64,000 bases of DNA, taken from positions 89,607-153,606 of the forward strand of contig JACESI010000004.1 of assembly GCA_013911885.1 (NCBI GenBank). The letters are read 5' to 3'. Positions 56,616 through 64,000 of the stretch are shown piece after piece. The position numbers and the translations under genes were made by a program. Source of the stretch: Hyphomicrobiales bacterium. GTDB taxonomy: Bacteria; Pseudomonadota; Alphaproteobacteria; Rhizobiales; JACESI01. Under the pieces are notes generated by a model, which made no database searches, was not told the DNA's origin, and saw only the letters and a list, made by a program, of their open reading frames with translations. Position 1 is the first letter of the stretch. Each line of letters opens with the position of its first letter.

Positions 56616-57299
56616 TTAGGCCTTGCCGCCCAGTTCGCGGGTTGCGGCGTCGATCAGGTTAAGTGCGTCCTGCGAGCCCCAATGGGCAATACCAGATAGT
56701 ACCCCTTGAACGCAGCCATTTCCATCCACAAGCATGGTGGTCGGCAGGCCAAAGGCGAGGCCTTTGGAACGCAGGTTCTGGAAGGCAACATTTTCTGGAT
56801 CCAAATAAAGCCCGAGTACATCTGCCTTGATCGATTCCAGAAACTCTTTCGGCTTGTCGCCACCATTGCGGTCAACATTGAGTGCCACCACCTGAAACCG
56901 ATCACTGCCACGGGTTTTCTGGATCTCGGCTAGATCCGGCATCTCCTCGCGGCATGGGCCACACCATGTCGCCCAGAGATTGAGAAGGACGACCTTATCC
57001 TTCCAGTTTGCAATCGATATTTTCTCACCCGCAGCGGTTTCGAAGCCGATCTCATGCAGCGAAACCGGTTTTGCCGCAATCCGCATGGCGGCGAGTTCGC
57101 CGGTCGCGACAGCTTCGAGGGATGCCTTCAATGCATCATTGGTTTTGCAAGCGGGTGCGTTTGCTGCGGCTATTGGCACGTGTTTGCCATTGCCAGAAAG
57201 GCCATCGGTCCCGTATACGAAGATCGCACCGAAAAGAAGCCCGAGAAAGAGGGCCGCAATCGGTATCATCAGGCGAGATTTGAAAGGCGAGTTTGCCAT
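56616..57299 (-). CDS. tlpA: TlpA-family thiol:disulfide interchange protein
   Basis: 227 aa. N-terminal membrane anchor. Thioredoxin motif NLWATWCGPCREEMP. Confidence 0.85.
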   Translation of the reverse strand: MANSPFKSRLMIPIAALFLGLLFGAIFVYGTDGLSGNGKHVPIAAANAPACKTNDALKASLEAVATGELAAMRIAAKPVSLHEIGFETAAGEKISIANWKDKVVLLNLWATWCGPCREEMPDLAEIQKTRGSDRFQVVALNVDRNGGDKPKEFLESIKADVLGLYLDPENVAFQNLRSKGLAFGLPTTMLVDGNGCVQGVLSGIAHWGSQDALNLIDAATRELGGKA

Positions 57300-57344
57300 C
57301 AGGTCGTGCTCCAGGTAACGCGAACCAAGTGATCAGGTTCATTC

Positions 57345-58751
57345 ATGACTGAGAAAAGTGTCGGCAACAAAATGTGGGGTGGGCGGTTCGAAGCGGCGCC
57401 CGATTCTATCATGGAGGAGATTAACGCGTCGATTGATTTCGACCGCAAACTCGCGAATCAAGACATTACCGGTTCAATAGCCCATGCAACCATGCTCGTT
57501 CAATGTGGTATTATCACCGAAAACGATGGCGCAAAAATTGTGGAAGGGCTAAACACAATTTCGTCAGAAATCACCGCCGGACGGTTCATCTTTTCCCGCG
57601 CGCTTGAAGATATCCACATGAATGTCGAATCGCGCTTGGCCGATCTGATCGGCGATGCGGCGGGCAGGCTGCATACCGCCCGCTCACGCAACGATCAGGT
57701 GGCGACGGACTTCAAGCTCTGGGTGCGCGAAACGCTTGATACGCTGGATCTCCAGCTTGCCGGGCTGCAGAGCGCGCTTGTCGACGCGGCAGCCGCCCAT
57801 GCGGGCGCCGTGATGCCGGGCTTCACCCACCTTCAAACGGCGCAGCCGGTAACATTCGGCCACCATCTGATGGCCTATGTCGAGATGATCGCGCGCGATC
57901 GCGGTCGCTTCGCCGATGCGCGAAAGCGCCTCAATGAATGCCCGCTCGGTTCCGCCGCCCTTGCCGGAACGCCGTTTCCAATTGATCGCCATATGACGGC
58001 TCACGCTCTCGGTTTCGACCGCCCGACGGCGAATTCGCTCGATGCTGTATCCGATCGTGATTTTGCGCTTGAATCTCTCTCAGCAGCGGCAATCTGCTCG
58101 GTTCATCTGTCGCGATTCGCGGAGGAGATCGTGATCTGGTGTTCGGCACAGTTCGGTTTCATCGCGCTTTCCGATGCGTTTTCGACCGGCTCCTCGATCA
58201 TGCCGCAGAAGCGCAATCCGGATGCGGCCGAACTGGTGCGGGCAAAAAGCGGGCGCATTATCGGCGCGATGAATGCTCTCATGATCGTCATGAAAGGACT
58301 GCCGCTTGCCTATTCGAAAGACATGCAGGAGGACAAGGAACAGACATTCGACGCGCTTGAAAGCCTGTCGCTCGTATTGGCCGCGATGACCGGTATGGTG
58401 CGCGATATGAGCCCTCAGCTCGCGCGCATGCGGAGTGCGGCAAATCATGGATTTTCCACGGCGACCGACCTTGCAGACTGGCTCGTGCGCACGCTCGGCC
58501 TGCCCTTCCGCGAAGCCCACCATGTGACCGGCGCCATTGTGGCGCTTGCCGAACGCAAGAAATCCACCCTTGAGGCGCTGTCTCTTGCCGATATGCAAAC
58601 AGTCGAGCCGCGCATCACGGCAGAGGTTTTCGATGTCCTTTCGGTCGAGAAATCGGTCGCAAGCCGTAAGGCTTATGGCGGAACGGCGCCGGAAAACGTT
58701 GCGGAACAAGCTGCGCGCTGGCGCAACTTCCTTGACCAGGAAGGCAAATAG
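57345..58751 (+). CDS. argH: Argininosuccinate lyase
   Basis: 468 aa. [11 protein letters not shown]. Fumarate-lyase signature [18 protein letters not shown]. Confidence 0.97.
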   Translation: MTEKSVGNKMWGGRFEAAPDSIMEEINASIDFDRKLANQDITGSIAHATMLVQCGIITENDGAKIVEGLNTISSEITAGRFIFSRALEDIHMNVESRLADLIGDAAGRLHTARSRNDQVATDFKLWVRETLDTLDLQLAGLQSALVDAAAAHAGAVMPGFTHLQTAQPVTFGHHLMAYVEMIARDRGRFADARKRLNECPLGSAALAGTPFPIDRHMTAHALGFDRPTANSLDAVSDRDFALESLSAAAICSVHLSRFAEEIVIWCSAQFGFIALSDAFSTGSSIMPQKRNPDAAELVRAKSGRIIGAMNALMIVMKGLPLAYSKDMQEDKEQTFDALESLSLVLAAMTGMVRDMSPQLARMRSAANHGFSTATDLADWLVRTLGLPFREAHHVTGAIVALAERKKSTLEALSLADMQTVEPRITAEVFDVLSVEKSVASRKAYGGTAPENVAEQAARWRNFLDQEGK

Positions 58752-58797
58752 GCCGATGAAAACGAGACGTGACAGCGGTACAACCCGGGGCCGAGGA

Positions 58798-59040
58798 ATG
58801 ACGAAGACTTTTGCAAAGACAGGATCAGCCGCACTCATCAGCATCGTTCTTGCCATGACCTTGTCTGCCTGTGGGCGAAAGCCGGATCTTGACGAACTGA
58901 AACGGCCGCCGTCGAAATCGGCGAGTGCCGGTGTCGCCCAGAAGGTCGAGCAACCTCAGCTCGATGGCAGAACCGACGGATTTGAATCCGTCTCAAGAGT
59001 GCGGCCGGATCGGGGCTTTTTCCTCGATTTCCTTCTTTAA
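58798..59040 (+). CDS. Small lipoprotein (LptM/LPAM-like) between argH and lysA
   Basis: 80 aa from ATG 58798. Signal plus lipobox AALISIVLAMTLSACGRKPDL. ATG 58756 is an alternative. Confidence 0.55.
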   Translation: MTKTFAKTGSAALISIVLAMTLSACGRKPDLDELKRPPSKSASAGVAQKVEQPQLDGRTDGFESVSRVRPDRGFFLDFLL

Positions 59041-59052
59041 AGCACAGGCATC

Positions 59053-60327
59053 ATGCATCATTTCGCTTACAGAGATGGCGTTCTCCACGCCGAAGACGTG
59101 CCGCTGCCGGAGATCGCGGCAGCCGTCGGGACGCCTTTTTACTGTTATTCGACGGCGACATTCGAGCGCCACTATCGTGTCTTCAAGGAAGCCTTCGACG
59201 GGGTTGAAACCATCGTCTGCTATGCCATGAAGGCAAATTCCAATCAGGCGGTTCTGGCGACGCTTGCCCGGCTTGGGTCGGGTGCGGATGTGGTCTCGCT
59301 GGGTGAGTTGAAACGCGCGCTTGCGGTGGGAATTCCGCCGGAAAAGATCATGTTCTCCGGTGTCGCGAAAACCGAGGCGGAGTTGAGGGCGGCGCTTGAG
59401 GCCGGCATTTTCTGCATCAATGTCGAATCGGAACCCGAACTTCATCGCCTGAGCAGCATTGCTGTTGCCCTTGAAAAGACGGCAACGGTCTCGTTTCGCA
59501 TCAATCCGGATGTCGATGCCAGGACCCACGCGAAGATTTCAACCGGCAAATCGGAAAACAAGTTCGGCATCCCCTGGAAGGATGCCGAACGGGTCTATGC
59601 TGAGGCGGCGCGGCTTCCGGGCATCGCGGCCCACGGTATTGACATGCATATCGGCAGCCAGATCACGGATCTTCAGCCTTTCGACGATGCGTTTGCGCTG
59701 CTCGGTGATCTGATCAGAACCCTTCGTGCCCAGGGGCATGAAATCAAGCATGTCGATGTTGGTGGCGGTCTCGGCATTCCCTACCGCAAGGACAATGTTC
59801 CGCCGCCCGATCCGCTCGCCTATGCAAAGATCGTGCGCGGCCATGTCGAAGACCTCGGCTGCACCATCATTTTCGAACCGGGTCGTCTGATCGCGGGCAA
59901 TGCAGGCATTCTGGTTGGCACGGTCGAATATGTCAAACGGGGCGAGGCCAAGACCTTTGTGATCGGTGATGTGGCGATGAATGACCTCATTCGCCCGACG
60001 CTTTATGAAGCGCACCATGATGTGCTGCCGGTACGGGAGGCGTCAGTGTCCGATGCGTCTGAAAAAGCTGATCTGGTCGGGCCGGTCTGTGAGACGGGGG
60101 ATTATATCGCGCTAGACCGCGAACTGCCGGCCTTCCGATCGGGCGATCTTTTTGCTGTGATGACAGCGGGAGCCTATGGCGCGGTGCAGGCAGGCACCTA
60201 CAATACAAGAGCGCTGGTGCCGGAAGTCATGGTCAAGGGCGACCGTTTTTTCGTGGTTCGTCCACGCCTTGAGGTGGACGATATCATCGCGCTTGACCGT
60301 GTGCCGGACTGGCTCGAGGAGCGATGA
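59053..60327 (+). CDS. lysA: Diaminopimelate decarboxylase
   Basis: 424 aa. PLP-lysine context VCYAMKANSN. DVGGGLGIPY. EPGRLIAGNAG. CETGDY. Confidence 0.95.
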   Translation: MHHFAYRDGVLHAEDVPLPEIAAAVGTPFYCYSTATFERHYRVFKEAFDGVETIVCYAMKANSNQAVLATLARLGSGADVVSLGELKRALAVGIPPEKIMFSGVAKTEAELRAALEAGIFCINVESEPELHRLSSIAVALEKTATVSFRINPDVDARTHAKISTGKSENKFGIPWKDAERVYAEAARLPGIAAHGIDMHIGSQITDLQPFDDAFALLGDLIRTLRAQGHEIKHVDVGGGLGIPYRKDNVPPPDPLAYAKIVRGHVEDLGCTIIFEPGRLIAGNAGILVGTVEYVKRGEAKTFVIGDVAMNDLIRPTLYEAHHDVLPVREASVSDASEKADLVGPVCETGDYIALDRELPAFRSGDLFAVMTAGAYGAVQAGTYNTRALVPEVMVKGDRFFVVRPRLEVDDIIALDRVPDWLEER

Positions 60328-60339
60328 TATCGTGTCGTT

Positions 60340-62292
60340 TTAGAGCGCGGATACACGCTTCAGGAAATCACCGACTTCTTGGCGCAGTGCAGCGGTGCGT
60401 TCCGCCACATCATCAGAAATAGCCCGCACATTGTCTGCCGCGCTGTTGGTTTTGTCGGCGGCTTCGCCGACTTCACGAATATCACTCGCAACGGCTTCGG
60501 TGCCCGTATGGGCTTTGCCGGCGCTCTCGCTGATTGCGTTCGTGGTCATGTGTTGCTGCTCCAGGACATCGGTGATGCTCCAGACATTATTCTTGGCTGT
60601 TTCCATCGAAGCCGTGATCGCGTGCATCGCTTCCACCACTTTTCCAGTGTATTTCTGGATGTCATTGACGCCGTGACCGATGCGCTCCGTTGCCTTCGCT
60701 GTCTGGTTGGCGAGTGCTTTGACCTCGCCTGCGACGACGGCGAAGCCTTTGCCGGCTTCGCCCGCGCGGGCGGCCTCGATGGTGGCGTTGAGAGCGAGGA
60801 GGTTCGTCTGTTCGGCTATCGCATGAATGAGTTCCACGATATCGCTGATCGAGGCAGCGCCCTTTGACAGGATGGCGATATCGCCATTGGTTTCCATTGC
60901 CTGTTCTGCTGCGGTGGTCACAGTTTTTGTGACCTGAGCGGCCTGCGCGCGGATCGACTGGATCGATGACGCGAGTTCTTCGGAGGCTGAAGCCACCGTC
61001 TGCACATTGACCGAGGAATCGGCGGAAACCCTGGAAACCTGGCGCACGAGATCGCTGGTATTCTGCGCTGCGGAATGAAGTATCGCGGAGGTTTCCTCCA
61101 TTTCCATGATGCGCTTTTCTGTCGCTTCGAGCAGTGTCGCGGACTTGTCGCGGAAAGCATCGACGATGAGGTTCACCTCGTGCTGGCGTGCCGCGCCGGA
61201 CTCGATGCGCACCGCCTCCTCCTCGCGTTTCATACGGGCAACCACCGTGTCGCGGAAGAAGCCGACCGCGCGGGCAATTTCGCTGATTTCGTCAGTCCCC
61301 TGCGCTTGAGGCAATTCGGCAAAAAGGCTGTTCGCATCGGCTTCATCGGACATTGAGCGTATGGTGCCGTTGAGCGCGACGACTTTTCTCACGATGGTCG
61401 CATAGACCAGCATGGCAATCGCGCTGACGAGGCCGACCAGTACGATGAGCCCGATCATTACGAAATAGGCACGCTGTTCCAGACGTGCGATTTCGTCAAT
61501 ACGATAATCACCGAGATTTTTTGCAAAGTTGCGCCACAGTCCGTCGATGTTGCGGACATAGCCGGAATAGACGGTCTCAAGCCTCGAGCGGTCGAGTTCC
61601 GCGCCGGTTTTGACCTTTTCGGTTGAAAGGCCGAATTCGACCGCCCCGCCCTGAAGATTGTCGTTCGAATCAGCAAAGCCTTTGGCGAACGCCATGGTCT
61701 CCTCATCGACGACAAGGCCGATCTGCTCGAATTCGCCGGTTTTCCCGGAAATGGTGTCGGCGAGGGTCTTGTACTGACCGGCGCTCACATAAAACATCAT
61801 CTTGGCGCCCGCGTTCAGTTCCTGCTGCTGCGAGAAACCGCGCGCGACATCGATCACCTGTTTCAGCCGCGCGGTGACTTCCGGAAGCTGGATGATGACA
61901 TGATCGGCAAGGAAAAGGGCGCTGCGGTCGCGGCTCATCGCGATGCTCGAGAGATCGCCGACACAGCGCATGAAGGACATGACGTTCCATGGACTGAACT
62001 CGGCCATCGGCTTGTCAATGTTTTTGAAACACACAGAAAATTGGGGAAAGTCAGCCGGGTCGACGGGTTTGTGCGCGGTTTCGAGCTTCAGATCCTGCGG
62101 GGCAACCTTCGCCATCATGACCGGCCAGCTTGCCTCCAGAAGCATCAGCGCCTGCCGATCCTGCTCGGCGATTTCAAGGCTTTGCCAGACATTGTGGAGG
62201 ATATAGATACCAAGGCTGAAAAGCGGCACCATGAAAGCCAGAACCAGAACAATCAGGTTCTTTTTGATCGTAAGCTTGTTCAACGCACCCAC
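60340..62292 (-). CDS. Methyl-accepting chemotaxis protein
   Basis: 650 aa. Two TM helices flank a periplasmic sensor region of about 250 aa. HAMP domain. Conserved signalling hairpin [37 protein letters not shown]. Confidence 0.9.
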   Translation of the reverse strand: MGALNKLTIKKNLIVLVLAFMVPLFSLGIYILHNVWQSLEIAEQDRQALMLLEASWPVMMAKVAPQDLKLETAHKPVDPADFPQFSVCFKNIDKPMAEFSPWNVMSFMRCVGDLSSIAMSRDRSALFLADHVIIQLPEVTARLKQVIDVARGFSQQQELNAGAKMMFYVSAGQYKTLADTISGKTGEFEQIGLVVDEETMAFAKGFADSNDNLQGGAVEFGLSTEKVKTGAELDRSRLETVYSGYVRNIDGLWRNFAKNLGDYRIDEIARLEQRAYFVMIGLIVLVGLVSAIAMLVYATIVRKVVALNGTIRSMSDEADANSLFAELPQAQGTDEISEIARAVGFFRDTVVARMKREEEAVRIESGAARQHEVNLIVDAFRDKSATLLEATEKRIMEMEETSAILHSAAQNTSDLVRQVSRVSADSSVNVQTVASASEELASSIQSIRAQAAQVTKTVTTAAEQAMETNGDIAILSKGAASISDIVELIHAIAEQTNLLALNATIEAARAGEAGKGFAVVAGEVKALANQTAKATERIGHGVNDIQKYTGKVVEAMHAITASMETAKNNVWSITDVLEQQHMTTNAISESAGKAHTGTEAVASDIREVGEAADKTNSAADNVRAISDDVAERTAALRQEVGDFLKRVSAL

Positions 62293-62460
62293 CCGAAATT
62301 ATTTAAAGCAATGGATCAGATTTACTCAATTCAAATTAATGAATCCTTTCATCCAGCCGCGAGTATATGCCTTTTCTGACCATATTTCAGGCAGGCAAAG
62401 TCTGCCTTTGGGTATTCCGTGCATCTGCGGAAGCGGGACTGCTGCTGCCTTCCGCAAACA

Positions 62461-63168
62461 CTATGCCGGACGTTTCGGGGTTTTCAGCCCGACCTCGACC
62501 CCGGGGCGTGCGAGGCAGCGTGCGAGATAGGCATTCACGCTGCCGAAGCGGGCAAGACCGAGCGCTTCGTCGGCGGCATAGGTTGCACTGAGCGCGCGGA
62601 TCCATGGAAAGGTCGCTATATCCGCGATCGAGTAATCAGAGCCCATGATGTAGTCGCGGCCATCAAGGCGCTGATCCAGCACACCGAGAAGCCGCTGCGC
62701 CTCGCTTTGATAGCGCTCTTTCGCATAGGGGTCCTTCACCTTGTCCGCCGCAAATTTGTAAAAGTGGCCGAACTGGCCGAACATCGGGCCGACGCCGCCC
62801 ATCTGAAACATCAGCCATTGCAGGCACTCATAGCGTTGAGCCGGATCTTTGGGCAAAAATTTCCCCGATTTTTCAGCAAGATAAATGAGAATGGCGCCGC
62901 TCTCGAAAAGCGCGATCGGCTTACCGCCGGGGCCATCCGGGTCGATGATGGCCGGGATCTTGTTGTTCGGATTGAGCGACAGAAATTCCGGCGACATCTG
63001 ATCATTGCTGCCGAAAGAGACAAAATGAGCCTCATAGGCTAAGCCCATTTCCTCAAGCGCAATCGAAGCTTTGACCCCGTTCGGCGTGTTCAGGGAATAA
63101 AGCTGAATCCGGTCCGGATATTGCGGCGGCCATTTTTTCGTGATCGTGAAATCGGACAAGTGGTTCAT
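62461..63168 (-). CDS. Nu-class glutathione S-transferase (YfcG/YghU-like)
   Basis: 235 aa from ATG 63168. IQLYSLNTPNGVKASIALEE, NPNNKIPAIIDPDGP...LFESGAILIYLAEK, YSIADIATFPW. Confidence 0.85.
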   Translation of the reverse strand: MNHLSDFTITKKWPPQYPDRIQLYSLNTPNGVKASIALEEMGLAYEAHFVSFGSNDQMSPEFLSLNPNNKIPAIIDPDGPGGKPIALFESGAILIYLAEKSGKFLPKDPAQRYECLQWLMFQMGGVGPMFGQFGHFYKFAADKVKDPYAKERYQSEAQRLLGVLDQRLDGRDYIMGSDYSIADIATFPWIRALSATYAADEALGLARFGSVNAYLARCLARPGVEVGLKTPKRPA

Positions 63169-63482
63169 TTTTTCTGTTTCCTTGCTGGACATGTTAAGGC
63201 GCGGCTTTGGTGCCAATTCGTGAAAGGCTGTTGATCGAGCGGCCCGCGGCGGCTTTCCGATGGCCTTCGCGGCGCTATGTGCTAGGCTTGATGCGATAGA
63301 AGCGAAAAGCGATCGGTTTGACAAGGTCCGCGCACAGCCTTGGCTTATCTGCGGCACACTGTTGGCGGCATTGTGAACGACGCCACCTTGGAGCGGTCTT
63401 GATTATGGCGGATTTTACAAACAACATCGCAGCACGATCACGATGCCAAGAATGCAGGACAAATCGCCGTCACAGAGGCTAG

Positions 63483-64000
63483 ATGCAGAATACCAGCAAA
63501 CCACAAGGGCATGAAGTTCCAGAGTCGGGACAGCAGCGACTGAAAGGCTTGGCGCGCAGTGCTCAGGTGTTGCAGCGCGCGCGGGTCATTTTATTGTGGG
63601 AGCAGGTCTGGCCGTCTGTTTTTCTGTTTCTGATGGTGCTTTCAGCCTATGCCGCCTTGTCGTGGCTCGGGGTCTGGCTGTGGCTGCCGTTTTCTTTGCG
63701 GATGTTCGCGCTTGTCTTGTTTATAGGCGCTGCTTTCATTCCGCTGCTGCGTCTCATGCAGGTGCGGCTTCCGCGTATGGCCGATGCGGTCTCGCGGGTC
63801 GAGGCGGTGTCTCGCGTCTCCCACCGGCCACTTACCGCCGCTCTTGATGTGCCTGCGGGCGCGCATGATGATCCTGCATCGCCACAAGCGGTCCTCTGGC
63901 GGGCGCATCAGCGGCGGATTGCGGCAAGCCTTGAAGGTCTCAGCGCCGGCCTGCCCGAGCCACAGGTCGAGCGGCGGGATCCTTATGCCTTGCGTGCGCT
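63483..64000 (+). CDS. TIGR02302/DUF4175-like alphaproteobacterial membrane protein, 3' end cut by window edge
   Basis: It is not in the ORF track because it runs off the window. ATG 63483 directly follows an in-frame TAG, and the RBS is agagg. I read no stops through nt 64000. Two N-terminal TM helices (VWPSVFLFLMVLSAYAALSWLGVWLWLPF; MFALVLFIGAAFIPLL). The family assignment is from memory. Confidence 0.5.
   Translation, partial: MQNTSKPQGHEVPESGQQRLKGLARSAQVLQRARVILLWEQVWPSVFLFLMVLSAYAALSWLGVWLWLPFSLRMFALVLFIGAAFIPLLRLMQVRLPRMADAVSRVEAVSRVSHRPLTAALDVPAGAHDDPASPQAVLWRAHQRRIAASLEGLSAGLPEPQVERRDPYALRA

Overview
This window reads as a core chromosomal segment of a roughly 58-60% GC alphaproteobacterium. 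The order is probably Hyphomicrobiales/Rhizobiales. I infer that from gene order (aroK-aroB / xerD / accA; htpX-rsmB-heparinase-like-purH-queF-ubiG; grxC-comF; mutT-GNAT-argJ-PPIase / secA; tlpA / argH-lipoprotein-lysA) and a TIGR02302-type protein at the right edge. I call about 60 CDS, most of them housekeeping, and one tRNA-Leu(CAA). By eye I see no rRNA, CRISPR array, transposase, IS element, phage gene or integrase other than the housekeeping xerD. I did not find a convincing novel multi-gene system. The clearest accessory content lies between acs and tRNA-Leu (about 16.3-24.0 kb). It holds two head-to-head TadG-like vWA proteins separated by a very AT-rich spacer, an IclR regulator, and a single-polypeptide MmeI-family (type IIL) restriction-modification enzyme. 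That enzyme abuts the tRNA 3' end, and its presumed specificity domain sits in a local GC trough. Other points worth follow-up: (1) an orphan Flp pilin pair, one member atypically long; (2) a possible structured RNA or leader ending in a strong intrinsic terminator upstream of yggT; (3) four perfect short tandem repeats, all intergenic; (4) two palindrome or operator-like clusters; (5) a DD-carboxypeptidase whose stop overlaps the start of a COG0523 GTPase; (6) several conserved proteins of unknown function. All family assignments come from motif recognition by eye and from memory, not from database searches. All GC values are hand counts.
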